Source of the DNA: the human T2T-CHM13v2.0 reference genome, Homo sapiens
DNA length: 64,000 nt
Reading direction: 5' to 3' (one strand)
NCBI RefSeq assembly: GCF_009914755.1
Contig: NC_060939.1
Shown: positions 26,267 through 39,906 of the stretch, in pieces
How positions within the stretch are numbered: the stretch's first letter is position 1
How the letters are laid out: each line of letters opens with the position of its first letter
Notes under the pieces: model-generated
Seen by the model: only the letters and a program-made list of their open reading frames with translations
Database searches by the model: none
What the model was told of the DNA's origin: nothing
Made by a program: the position numbers and the translations under genes

Positions 26267-26580
26267 TTTTTTTTTTTTTTTTTTTTTTTTTTGAGACGGA
26301 GTCTTGTTCTGTCACCCAGGCTGGAGTTCAGTGGCGCAGTCTCAGCTCACTGCAAGCTCCGCCTCCCGGGTTCACGCCATTCTTGTTCATTCTTGTGAAC
26401 CCGGGAACACGCCGGGTTCACAGGCACCCGCCACCACGCCCGGCTAATTTTTTGTATATTTAGTAGAGACGGGGATTCATCGTGTTAGCCAGGATGGTCT
26501 CGATCTCCTGACCTCGTGATCCGCCTGCCTCAGCTTCCCAAAGTGCTGGGATTACAGGCGTGAGCCACTGCACCGGGCCC
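26267..26580 (-). mobile_element. AluY in intron 3 with an internal rearrangement
   Basis: Long poly(T), AluY diagnostics (gcaagctccgcc, ttcacgccattct, gttagccaggatggtctcgatc), TSD core cagcattagtc. Confidence 0.95.
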
Positions 26581-26968
26581 CAGCATTAGTCATTTTTGAC
26601 ATTTGATAGGTCAAATTGTTATGTGAGTGTGTATACATGTGCATGTGCCCCCATATTTAACGCATCTGTATTTATAAGTATTGTAGTGCTAAGCTCATTA
26701 CTCAGTTTCTTATATAGAGGAGTGTATTTCAGTGCAATGTTGTATATTAATGGAGGTCAGTAACTTCAACTGTAGCAGGCTGGTGGCTGTCAGAAGCATT
26801 ACCCAGTTGTGTCTGATAGGGCACAGCCATCAGGCTTGTATTGCCCAAGGGAGCACTCAGTGAGGTGTCAGTGTCCCTCTTATTGCTGATTCTAGGTAAC
26901 TTCCCATTGAAAAATTGTAAGGAAGAGATGTGAACGTGTAACTTTGTGCTTTGCTCTTTGTTTTAAAG

Positions 26969-27112
26969 GAGATGCAAGCAAAGCTCGCAGCGCAAAAATT
27001 AGCTGAAAGACTGAATATTAAAATGCGGAGTTATAATCCAGAAGGGGAGTCTTCAGGGAGATACCGAGAAGTAAGGGATGAAGATGACGATTGGTCCTCT
27101 GATGAATTCTGA
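26969..27112 (+). CDS. POLR2M: POLR2M coding exon 4 ([19 protein letters not shown]...DDDWSSDEF-stop)
   Basis: Acceptor ttgctctttgttttaaag, TGA at 27110-27112; the four exons total 1107 nt = 368 aa. Confidence 0.97.
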
Positions 27113-27324
27113 AGATAATCTCCTAAATCACTGACGTTGAGATGTCATCATCTTACATCAGACTTTCTAACTAGTATCAAGATCAGTGTCAGATATTGTT
27201 GAGGGAAGTAATTTTATAAAGTTACACAAAGGTAGTTATAAAAAAAGCCCAGTTTGTCTTTCAGAAGGTGACTTTCATGTGCTTGAAAAGTTTAATATTT
27301 GAATATTGTGTTTAACCACATGGT

Positions 27325-27330
27325 ATTAAA
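27325..27330 (+). terminator. Candidate proximal poly(A) signal ATTAAA
   Basis: Followed ~15-25 nt later by ttgtgtattggtct. Confidence 0.45.
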
Positions 27331-27742
27331 ATTTTGCAATATATTGTGTATTGGTCTGATATTTTAGTATATAGTAGAACATACTTTTTTTTTCTTTAAG
27401 CCAAATGAAAAGAGGTAACTTTGCTTTTTTCCTTTTTCTTACCTATCAAATAGCATTTATTACATGTCTTTCAGTGAAATACTTAGTTGTTCCAGGCACC
27501 TAAAATCAATTAGGAAGACATAGTTCCCTTCTTTTTTGGGTAATGAAGGGAGCAGTCTAAAGAATTGTATGCATGTTTGCATGGGGTTATTGAGACATTG
27601 GATGTGAAATACCTAGGAAGACATGTATGGAGAATGCTTAACAAATGCTCTTCTCCTTTTTCTGTCTTCCCTTAGGAAGAACGTTATCTCTCTTCTGATT
27701 AGGAAGGACTTCCCTTTTGAGTAGATGCTGGAAAGTGGAGGT

Positions 27743-27846
27743 TTTTTTTGTTGGTTTGTTTGTTTGGTTTTGTGTTTTTTTTTGAGATGGGGTCTTGCTC
27801 TGTCGCCCAGGCTGGAGTGCAGTGGCAGGATCTCGGCTCACTGCAA
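27743..27846 (-). mobile_element. Severely 5'-truncated Alu with TSD in the 3' UTR
   Basis: Only ~65 nt of the right arm plus tail; gtggaggt(t/c)ttttt on both sides (27735, 27852). Confidence 0.88.
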
Positions 27847-28216
27847 TCTAGGTGGAGGTCTTTTTAAATAACCTCATGTTACTTCAGGCAAATCTGGTAC
27901 AGGAGAAGCCCAAGCTAACTGAGCTGGGTGAAGGCTTGTGCATCACCTGGCTTGAGTTCCTTGCTGTCACAGATGATAGGTTCATGTACACAACATTAAT
28001 GTTTGATAAGGAAAGCATTTTTTTTTTGTTAAAATTGAATTGTCAGTACTTTACTTTTTTCCCCCCAAATAGGTATATATAGACTGCAGAAGCTTCAGTC
28101 CCATATATAAACGTTCATGTCATTTTAGAGGATTATATGGTTGTCTCCAGAGAAATTAACTTACATTATCAAAAAATTCTTTGTCTAATATATTGGAGTC
28201 TTTAAAAGTGTTGAAG

Positions 28217-28222
28217 AATAAA
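28217..28222 (+). terminator. Candidate poly(A) signal AATAAA
   Basis: Canonical hexamer in the 3' UTR with ggtgatgtttt downstream. Confidence 0.5.
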
Positions 28223-30336
28223 ATATTAATTAGAACAACTTCAAATGCTAAGGTGATGTTTTACCGGGACTTAATTAAATACAACTTTTTCCTTTCGAAA
28301 AAGACTGTTCACATTTGCTTCCAGGTGTAATTATTGCTTTCATTCCTTACCCCCCTCAAGCAAATGTGAAAAGTATACTGACCTAAGATTCTCATTAGTT
28401 TTAGTTCTTAAAACGAATAGTAAATGATTTCACAGCGTAAAATTTGATGTTATTTCTGGAAGCTGGATGATATGGAAGAGTTCATGTGCCTGGACACACA
28501 GTTCCCTGTAATCCTGCCATCTAGGGAGATAAACTCTGTTAACATTTTGATGTTGTGTTTTTGCTTATTTTTCTATGCATAGTTATGCATTTATATTCTC
28601 AAAAATGAAATCATAATGTACATTGCTTTGTAGTCTGCTCTATATATTGTCAATATGTTCCCATATTAAATATTTTGCTTTTTAGACAGCTGTAGGATAT
28701 TTTATTTCATGGGTATACCATAACTTTAAGATTTATTTCCTATTCAGCAATTTGATTATGTATTATAATGTAATCTGTAAATAGTGATATGATTAACATC
28801 TTAATCACATCCATAGAAAATGACTTATTTCCAGAAGATACCGCTCTAAAAATGAAATTGTTAGGTGAAAGTGTTTTTGAGAATTTTTATATATATTACT
28901 CACTGCAGAGATCATGTTCATTTACATTCCCATTAGCAATATATCCAATGCTCAGAATTGAAAATTACTACTTAAAATCTTTGCAAATTGAATAATTACA
29001 GAAAAGGGCTACATTTAAAATTTGTATTTGTTTTTCTTACTTAGTGAAGGTTGTGTTTTTTTTCATATTCATTGGCCATGCTATATTCATTCTTTTGAGA
29101 ATTGCTCATTCATATTTTTTCTGTTGCTTGCTTGGAGAATTTGCTCTTTTTTTGGCATATAAGTTCTTAAGAATGTCCGTCCTTTGTCATATATTGTAAC
29201 TTTTTTTAGCCTTATTTGTCATTTAACATAGTTTGTGGTATTTCAGTATAGAAGTTGTTTTCTTTAGGAGTCTACCTTTGTGTATGTGCTTGAAAGTATT
29301 TTTGTAATCCAAGAATGGATAAATGTCCTTATTTTCTTCTAGTATTTTCTTATTTCACTTTTACACCTATCTTTAAAAGGAATTTAAATTTTGTTTATAT
29401 ACATTAACTAAATCAGTACAAGTTTGGGGTGAAAAGGAAATTTTTAATCCATCTCAAATGTATTTGGTTATATTATATAAGGTAGGGATTTGATTTTATT
29501 TCGAAGAATTTACCAATTGGTTCAGTATGTGAAACCACCATTTCCCCTCTGATTAGTAATGCTATTTTTATAGAATATTAAATTCTTATGTGTCTTTTGT
29601 GTCTTAGGCCAATTTCTGGGCCTTCTGGGTTTTTTCTACACTGTCAATAATTATCGCTTTAATTGGTGTTAATATTTGGTAGTACACAGGTTCTCCCTTG
29701 TTCTTTTAAATTTTGTGAAATATAACTTACAAATAAGTACTTAAAACAGAGCTTAATGGGTAAAGCAACAGCTGTGTAATCACAAACTAGATGCAGAGGA
29801 GGTCTTGCCAGCACTCCAAAATCTCTGTGTGTCCCCTCTTGACACTCACTGTTTCCCCCAGAGCTAACTATCCTGACGTATGGTAATTCTCCCTCTGTCC
29901 TTTTAAGAATTATTTTACCAGTTATGTGTATAACAATATGGTTTACATTTTGCTCACTTTTGACTTATATAAAAATAGAATAATACTATATGTCGTGTTT
30001 GGTGTCTTTCAACATCGCATATAAGATTCGTGTCACATGGTGTGTTTCATTCATATTCATTGCTGTATAATGTGCTATTTCATTAATACCGCTATTATTC
30101 CACTTTGATGAGTGCTTTGAGATTTTCAGTTTTTGGCTATTATAAGTAATGCTTCAGTAAGCATCTTTGTGTACATAAACATGTTTCCATAGGATGTGTA
30201 CCTAGGAGTGGAATTGCTCAGTTATAAGGTACGCACACCTTTAAAATTTTATATTCCCACCTCTGCTTCCATGATGTATGAGAGTGCTTGTTTATCAACA
30301 CTTGGTGTGGCCAGATTTTAATTTTAGCCAATATGA

Positions 30337-30667
<331 letters not shown>

Positions 30668-30774
30668 TCATTGTGGTTTTATTTTACCTTTTCCTGATTG
30701 GAAATGGCATATGAGCATTTTCTTAGGTTTATTGGGCACTGGATTTCTTCTTTTGAAAAGTCCCCATTCAAGTC

Positions 30775-30942
30775 TTTTTTTTTTTTTTTAAAGAGACAGA
30801 GTTGTTCTGTTGCCCAGGCTGGGCTGGAGTACAGTGGCATGATCACAGCTGACTGCAACCTCTAACTCCTAGGCTCAAGGGATACTTCTGCCTCAGCCTC
30901 CTGAGTAGCTGACATTACAGGCAGGAACTACTGCACTGGACT
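30775..30942 (-). mobile_element. FRAM/Alu monomer
   Basis: Poly(T) followed by a single diverged Alu arm. Confidence 0.8.
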
Positions 30943-31114
30943 CCATCCGAGTTTTTTCTTTTTCCATTGTGTTGTGTCAGCTGGTTTTTTTCTCATTGAT
31001 TTGTAGGATATATTCTGGAGACTAATCCTCGGTATTCAATCAAATAATTTGGTATTTGGTTGGCTATATTTGTTGGAAATATCCTCTCCATTTGGGGGAT
31101 TATTTTTCATTCTC

Positions 31115-31251
31115 TTTTTTTTTTTTTTTTTTTTTTCCAGAGATGGGGTCTCACTATATTGCACAGGCTGGTCTTAAACTCCTGAGCTCAAGTGATCTAC
31201 CTCAGCCTCCTCAAGTGCTGGGATTACAGGCATGATCCACCACATCCAGCC
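31115..31251 (-). mobile_element. FLAM/Alu monomer
   Basis: Poly(T) followed by gagatggggtctcactat...ccaccacatccagcc. Confidence 0.85.
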
Positions 31252-32253
31252 CTCATTCTCTTCCTGATGATTGATAAATTCTTAATTTTAATGGCAAATC
31301 TATCTTACATTTAGTGCCTTTTGTGGCTTGTTTTAAGGACTTCTCCTATCCTGAAGTCATGAAGATAATCTTTTATCTTTAAAAATCTTTATAATTAAAA
31401 AATGGTTTATAATGTTGACTTTCACGTTAGGTCTTTGATTCCACCTGGAAGATATTCATGACTGTGTGAGGGAGGGGTCCTTCTGGACAGCCCTGGTGCT
31501 AGCATTACGGAGTGCAAACGCAGTCATTCCCAGCTGCTCCTCCGTGCACTCCTGCCATAGATCAAGCATCTGTATATGTCTGTGTTACCTTCTGGATTCT
31601 TTCTTCAGTTCCATTAACCCATTTGTGCTAATACTCCATTGCCTTGTTTATGATAGCTTAATGATAAGGCTGGATCAAGGCCCGCCATCTTATTCTTCAA
31701 AGTGCCTTGGGAATTTTTGGCCCTTTGCATTTTCATACAGATTTTAGAATCAGCTTGTCATGTTCCATACACACAAAATCCTTGGTGTAGTGCAAATTCT
31801 TATTCATTTTCAAAAATACGTTTGATAGTCTGTCATTGATTAACTTTTCTAACAATCTATATATTGAAATTTAGGAGATAGGGGATTTGGAACTTTGCCC
31901 TTGACTAAAGTACATTAGACTTATTCTTTCTATACCGATGACTATTTTTAGTTTCTTTGAGTTAAATAGAAAATTCAGAATGCTGTTTAGTGTGACTACC
32001 TGAAGTATTGTGTAGTTTTGACTGAGGAAAAACGGAAGAGAAAGGATTTTTTAAAAAGTCACATTTAGGTTTAAACTGGGAAAATGGAATGAATGCAGTA
32101 GTTGTGAACTCTTGCCTTCAGTTTTCAAATGACTATGTCTAGGGAAGGAAGGAAGCGCTAAAGCTTGGGGCTTAACCTAAATCGTGGAAGATGTTACGAG
32201 GATTAATCTCATTATATAATAGTCGTCTACAGGAATGATAATTCTTCATTTTC

Positions 32254-32705
32254 TTTTTTTTTTTTTTTTTTTTTTTTATTATACTCTAAGTTTTAGGGTA
32301 CATGTGCACATTGTGCAGGTTAGTTACATATGTATACATGTGCCATGCTGGTGCGCTGCACCCACTAATGTGTCATCTAGCATTAGGTATATCTCCCAAT
32401 GCTATCCCTCCCCCCTCCCCCGACCCCACCACAGTCCCCAGAGTGTGATATTTCCCTTCCTGTGTCCATGTGATCTCATTGTTCAATTCCCACCTATGAG
32501 TGAGAATATGCGGTGTTTGGTTTTTTGTTCTTGCGATAGTTTACTGAGAATGATGGTTTCCAATTTCATCCATGTCCCTACAAAGGATATGAACTCATCA
32601 TTTTTTATGGCTGCATAGTATTCCATGGTGTATATGTGCCACATTTTCTTAATCCAGTCTATCATTGTTGGACATTTGGGTTGGTTCCAAGTCTTTGCTA
32701 TTGTG
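32254..32705 (-). mobile_element. 5'-truncated L1HS-Ta insertion with 14-bp TSD
   Basis: Minus strand reads gatgacACAttagtggg and aaaacttaGagtataat (Ta diagnostics); pure T tract; TSD aattcttcattttc at 32240-32253 and 32706-32719. Confidence 0.93.
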
Positions 32706-35700
32706 AATTCTTCATTTTCACAGGACCTGTCTCTAATCGACATCGCATTCTCTGGGGAGCCAGGCTGTGAGCTAATGTGGAAGGTAGTTTGTGGGATTAT
32801 CTCCCTTTCCTATAACTGGGAGGTTGAGGTGATTTGTTCAAGGTCGCTCAGAGGCAGCCAAGAAAAGAACCCAGCACTCAAGATTCTAGGCCCTTGACTG
32901 CATGGCCTTGCAGGTGAATACCACAAATCAAGGCTGCGTTCAGGTGTTAACACGTGCTAACGCCAGACAAGAGCTCAGATGACTCTGGGGGTGTTTGTCA
33001 GGTCTCCATGACATTCTACAAGAGAGCTTTTTTCTTCTGATGATTTTTTTTATTTGCAGTGTTTCGTTTTTAATCATCTTACGGCTGTGTGATCATTTCA
33101 GTCACTGCTGGAATCTTCACTCCTCCCTCCTTACTTGATGGTCAGCTGCATAAAACTTTTCAGGAGAAGAGATATAAGGAAAAGTAAAGTGTCATGGGCT
33201 TTACTCAGAGGACCAGGTCAATCTGGCAGTTTAGCCTTCCCAGGCTTAATGACATAGTTCGTAACACTAAAAGTAAAGTTGTTAGGACAAAAATAATTCT
33301 GTCGTTGCACAAAAAAAGTTGGGAATGCCTGTGCCAAATAAAAGGATTATATATCCAGCTTTTATGGGGAGCATATAGTCATTTAAAAAATATGGCAAAT
33401 CACATTATTGGCTAGCTGCTTGCTAAAGGGGGGTGGAGTGGAGGAGTTTCTTAAAGCTATTATTTTAATTTCTGGCTAAAGTGAGGAAGCTTTGATACTG
33501 GGCTGATGAAATAAACCTAGTGTGGGATAATACTGAACCAGAGCCAGACCACAAATCAGACGCGATTCTGAAAGTACAGCATAAAAGCCTGAACAATTAA
33601 ATATGATCTATTACTTCCCAGATGGTTTTAGAAAACTTGGAATTTAAAAAAAGGCAAAAAAAAATTAAAAAAGAGGGTAAGCCACTGGAATAGCATTAGA
33701 TTATTAGATTTAGGATTTAAATACCACTATTTCCTTTGAATCCAGTGGGAAGTTATGTACTCTCATGACTATTAAGTCTGTAAGATGAGGTCAGTGACCC
33801 CTTATCTAATGTATGAGGTATGTTTTAAGAGAACAAAATTTCAAAGTGTGGTCTTTATAGAGCATTTTGAGATCTAAAAGAGATTCTATATGAAAACCTT
33901 ATTGTAACGATGGTAACAATTATGATTGAAGTAGTTTAGAAGGTACCTTTGGCCATATGAAGTAAAATGTTTCAAAATCACCACCATATGAAACTTTTAA
34001 TTTAGTGTTAAAATTAACTGAGAACAATAGGGACTCCCTAAAAAAGCTATTTTGACAAGGGGAAATTAGGACATTGAGCTAAGGAGAGATCCAACTTCAT
34101 ATGGAAAAATTGCACATTATTAAGGCAAAAGAATGAGAGTTGTAAATCAAGTCCTTATTTTAGAGCATACAGAAATACTCCTTAAAAGAGGGAGACTCGG
34201 CTCAGTGCTTATAAATTTTGTCTGAAAATATTGCTAGTAAATATATCCTTTCTCCTAATCAGTACCACCTATATTTGTATTGAATTAAATAGCTTTTCTA
34301 GTGATTGTGTTGTAAAAGTGAAAGCCTATCTTCTGTCGATATTTAGATTTTTAATAAAAAAGATTTTTTTCTCCCCTTTAGTTACTCTTAGTGGGGGTAA
34401 AAACGAAGCACCATTAGAAACACCGTAACTGGCAACAGAAAACAAATCTTACATTGAATTAACATCTTCAGATTTTAGGGAGGGAAGGAAGCTTAGTTAT
34501 TTGTTCCAAACCCTGTAAGTGAAGAAACCGAGGCACAGAGAAGCACGGAGACTTGCTGTGGTTGGGCAGCTGGTTCCGACACAGCCAATTTTTTTCTTTC
34601 CTAGTTCAGTGCTCTTTGATTAATATGGAGTCATCTGATAATTAATTAACACATGTTTACAAAATGACTGAAAAAGCGCAGTGCCAGAAATCTAGTTTCT
34701 AATTTTAAAACTTTAGATGTTTTTAAAGATAGTCATAACCATTGCAGCTGGGTCCGATACTACAATTTTCTTGAACATGGGTAATGTGCTGCCGATTATT
34801 TATAAGCATGACCCCATTTTCCTTTTCACTGCCTGACTTGGTCTGTTTTGAATGTGCCCATTTTCACACCTCTTCTTTTCCATCTTCAGCAGTTCCACTT
34901 CCATCAGCCTACAGAAACTTCTCACCTGTCCTTCTGAAACCTCTTAGTCTTTTATCAGCATCCAAGGGTAACAAGACTCTTGGGGTCTGAACAGTATAGC
35001 TGGCTAATTAGCATCAATCAACTCTTATCAATATCTCAGTGCATATCAGATTATTAGATGATTTTTTCCTGAAGGAAGGTAGGGCTTAAAGCAATGGTAA
35101 ATGGAACGGGCAAGTTTTTTGCGGGGTGGAGGGTGGTAGGAGAGAAGAGAGAAAATGGAACATGAAAGAGGAGGAAAAGGATAGGAAGCAGCCTGGAGGG
35201 GCCCTGAACAGCCAAAGGGTAGCAAGAAAGCATAATTTGGAAGAGTTGTCTATCACACTGTCAGCTCCTCCCTTCCCATTTTCTCTCACATCCACTTAAA
35301 TTTTAAGTATTTGCTCCAAACATTTTCCTGAAAAAGCTTTTGTCAAGGTCACCAGTGACCTTCATGCTGCTAAGTTCAATAATCAATTTCCAGTCGTTTT
35401 TCTTGAACCCTTAGCAGTTTTTGATATAGGTGATCTCCCCCTCTTTCATGAAACATTTTTTTTTTTTCCTGGTTTCTGGAATACCACTTCTGGGAGGTAC
35501 AGGCATACTTCATTTTATTGTACTTCCCTTGATTGTGCTTCTCAGATAAGGCTTTTTTTTTTTAAAACCAATTGAAGGTTTGTGGCAACCCTGGGTTGAG
35601 CAAGTACATTGGCACCAGTTCTTCCAACAACATGCTCACTTCATGTATCTGTGTCACATTGTCACATTTTGGTAATTCTTGCAATATTTCAAATGTTTTC

Positions 35701-36003
35701 ATTATTATTATGTCTGTCCATGATCTTTGATGTTACCTTTGTAATTGTTTTGAGGTGCCATGAACCATTCCCCTATCAGATGGGGAATTTAATTGAGAAA
35801 TAAATACATGTGTATGTTCTGACTGCCCCACCCACTGGCCATTCCCCCAACTCTCTCCCTCTCCATGGGTCGTCCTATTCCCTGAGACACAGCAATACTG
35901 AATTTAGGCCAATTAATAACCCTACAATGGCCTCTAAGTGTTCAAGTGAGAGGAAGAGTTGCACGTCTCTCACTTTAATTCAAAAGCTAGAAATGATTAA
36001 GCT

Positions 36004-36311
<308 letters not shown>

Positions 36312-36860
36312 TTAAGTTTAGTGAGGAAGACATGTTGAAAGCTAGATAGGCCCAAACTAGGCCTCTTGCAAAAAACTATTAGCCAAAGTGTGAATGCAAA
36401 GGAAAAGTTCTTGATGGGAAATTAAAAGTGCTACTTTAGTGTACACATAAATGATAAGAAAGTGAAACAGTCTTATTGCTAATATGGAGAAAGTTTTAGT
36501 GGTCTGGATAGAAGATCAACCTAGCCACCATATTTCCTTAAACCAAAGCCTAATCCAGAGCAAGGCCCTAATTCTTTTCAACTCTGAAGGCTAAGAAAAG
36601 TGAGGAAGCTGCAGAAGAAAAGTTTAAAGCTAGGAGAGGTTGCTTCATGAGGTTTAAGGAAAGAAGCCATCTCCATTAACATAAAAGTGCAAGGTGAAGC
36701 AGCAAGTGCTAGTGTAGAAGATGTAGCTAGTTATCCACAAGATCTAGCTAAGGTCTTTGATGAAGGTGGCTGCGCTAAACAGATTTTCAATGTAGACAAA
36801 ATAGCCTTCTATTGGAAGAAGATGCCATCTAGGACTTTCACAGCAAGAGAGGTGAAGTCA

Positions 36861-37233
<373 letters not shown>

Positions 37234-38101
37234 TTAATGCAGGGGTGACTTTAATTTGAAGCCAGTGCTCATTTACCATTCTGAAAATCCTAGGGTTCTG
37301 AAAGATTATGCTAGTTGTACTTTGCCTGTGTTCTGTAAATGGAAAAACAAAGCCTAGATGATAGCACGTCTGTTTACAACATAATTTACTGAATATTTTA
37401 AGCATACTGTTGAGACCTGCTACTCAGAATGAAAGATTGTTCTCAAAATATTACTGCTCCATGACAATGCACCTAGTCACTCAAGAGCTCTGATGGAGAT
37501 GTATAAAGAGATTAATGTTGTTTTCATGCCTGCTAACACAACATTCATTCAGCAGCCCATGGATCAAGGTGTAATTTCTGCTTTCAAGTCTTACAATTTA
37601 AGAAATACATGTCATAAGGCTATGGATAGTGCCATACATAGTGATTCCTCTGATGAATTTGGGCAAAGTAAATAGAAAATCTTTTGGAAAGGACTCACCA
37701 TTCTAGATGCCATTAAGAATATTCGTGATTCATGGGAAGAGGTCAAAAATCAACATTAATGGGAGTTTGGAAGAAGTTGATTCCAACTCTCATGCATGAC
37801 TTTGAGGGGTTCAAGACTTTAGTGGAGGAATAAACTGCAGATGTGATGGAAATGACAAGAACTAATTCTATTAATTCTGTTAGAAGAAATTCTAGTTCTA
37901 GAATTAGAAGTGGAGCCTGAAGATGGTACTGAACTGCTGCCATCTCATGAAGCAATCGTTTTCATTTGCCATCATTTCAGAACTTGAAATGATGAAGAGT
38001 CGCTTCCTGTGGCAGAACAAAGAAAGTGATTTCTTGAGATAGAATCTACTCCTGGTGAATATGCTGTGAATATTGTTGAAATGACAACAAAGGATTTAGA
38101 A

Positions 38102-38396
38102 TTTTTTTGGGGTGGGGGATCTCGCTCTATCACACAGGCTGGAGTGCAGTGGCAGGATCATAGCTCACTGAAGCCTTGACCTCCCAGGCTCAAGCAATCC
38201 TCCCACCTTAGCACCCTGCGAGTAGCTTGGATTACAGGTGGTGTGCATCACCATGCCTGGTTAGTTTTCTTGTATTTAGTAGAGATGGGGTTTCGCCATG
38301 TTGCCCAGTCCGGTCTTGAACTCCTGGACTTAAGGGATCCACCCGCCTTGGCCTCTTACAGTGTTGGGTTTACAGGTGTGAGCCACCATGCCCAGC
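38102..38396 (-). mobile_element. AluJ inside Tigger1
   Basis: Diverged Alu; TSD aggatttagaat. Confidence 0.92.
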
Positions 38397-39131
38397 AGGA
38401 TTTAGAATATTTCATAAACTTAGTTGATTAAGACGTGGCAGGGTTTTAGAGGATTGATCCCAATTTGGAAAGAAGTTCTGTGGGTAAAATACTGTCAAAC
38501 AATATCACATGCTACAGGGAAATCTTTGGTGAAAGGAAGAGTCAATTGATGTAGCAATCTTCATTGTAGTCTTGTTTTAAGAAATTGCCAAAGTCACCTC
38601 ACCCTTCAGCGATCACAACCCTGATGAGTCAGCAGCCATCAACATTGGTGGAGGCAAGACCCTTCACCAGCAAAAAGATTATAATTCGCTGAAGGCTAAA
38701 TTATAATTGTTAGCACTTTTTAGCAATAAAGTATTTAAAAATTAAGGTATATACATTTTTGGACATAATGTTATTACAGAGTTGATAGACTACAGCATAG
38801 TGTAAAGATAACTTTTATATGCACGGGGAAACAAAAAAAATTGTGTGACTTGCCTTATTGTGATATTTGCTTTATTGCACTGGTCTGGAATTGAATCCAT
38901 GTTATCTCCAAGATATGCCTGTATTCAACAGCCACTTCCTCTTAGTTTCCTTTGCAGATTCCTTCTCATCTTCACAATCACTAAACATTGAAATCCTCAG
39001 GATTCTCGCCTCTTCTCTACCATGCTTGCTCCTTCGGTGACCTCATCCAGCCTCGTGGTTTTAAATACCATTTATATTTGATGACTCCCAAACTTTTATC
39101 TCTAGCTCAGACCTCATCTGTGAACTCAACT

Positions 39132-39384
39132 GCAACAAAAGTGCTCTGAGGAGAGTTGGAAGCTCTTGGGTTAGGAATCAGGGGATAGAATGGGGTGGTG
39201 GTGGCAGTGGTGGTGGTGGTGAAGATGGTGGCAGAGTTCTTGCTTTGGTATTAGCCAAGTCACTTCACTTCTTGGGATTTGAGTGTTTTACTTTCTAAAA
39301 CAAAGGATTGCACCTAGTCAGTATCTCCCAAAATATGTGTCTTAAAACAAAAATCCTGAGAAAAATGGAATCTGATGCTCAAAT
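39132..39384 (+). repeat. Diverged direct copy of 45923-46204
   Basis: Identical 23-mer gcaacaaaagtgctctgaggaga followed by collinear similarity. Confidence 0.9.
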
Positions 39385-39720
39385 AAACTACCATGCTCTG
39401 TTGCCTGGACCAATCGCAGGGGCTTCTGATCTGGTCTCCCTGTTCCAGCCCTTGCCCACATGACAGTGAGGTCTCATCATGGCAGCCAGCATGCGTCGTA
39501 AAGTCAGAAGTCAGATCAGGTCACTTCTCTGCCCTGAGCCCTCCAGTGGCTCCCATCTGACTAAGAATCAAAGCTAAAATCTTTATGGTGACTTACAAGA
39601 CTCCACATGCCCCCGCTTCCAGCACCTCTGACAGTATCACTCGGCCCCAGCCACATGGGCCTCCTTGCTGCTGCCAGAACATGGCAAGAGTGTTCCTGCC
39701 TAAGGGCTTGTGAACAGCTG

Positions 39721-39906
39721 GCACAACTTCTTCCAAATTCCTGTTAATGTTGATATTTTGACCTCTTCCCATGAATCATGAATATTCTTAAAGGCATCTA
39801 GAGTGGTGAGTCCTTTCCAGGTTTTCAATTTACTTTGCTCACGTTCATCAGAAGAATCGCTATGTATGGCATGATCTATGGTTTTATGACATGTATTTCT
39901 TAAATG
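39721..39906 (-). repeat. Inverted internal Tigger1 fragment matching 37596-37779
   Basis: Reverse complement aligns collinearly; ORF-track peptides [19 protein letters not shown] appear at both places. Confidence 0.92.

Larger units (their letters stand above)
27113..29995 (+). other. POLR2M: POLR2M 3' UTR (distal end approximate)
   Basis: AU-rich sequence after the stop; candidate signals ATTAAA 27325, AATAAA 28217 and variant tataaa/aataga near 29968-29979 followed by a GT-rich tract. Confidence 0.55.

Noticed and set aside
32235-32897. ORFs resembling the L1 ORF2 C-terminus
   Set aside because: Part of the truncated L1HS copy; no promoter or intact ORF2.
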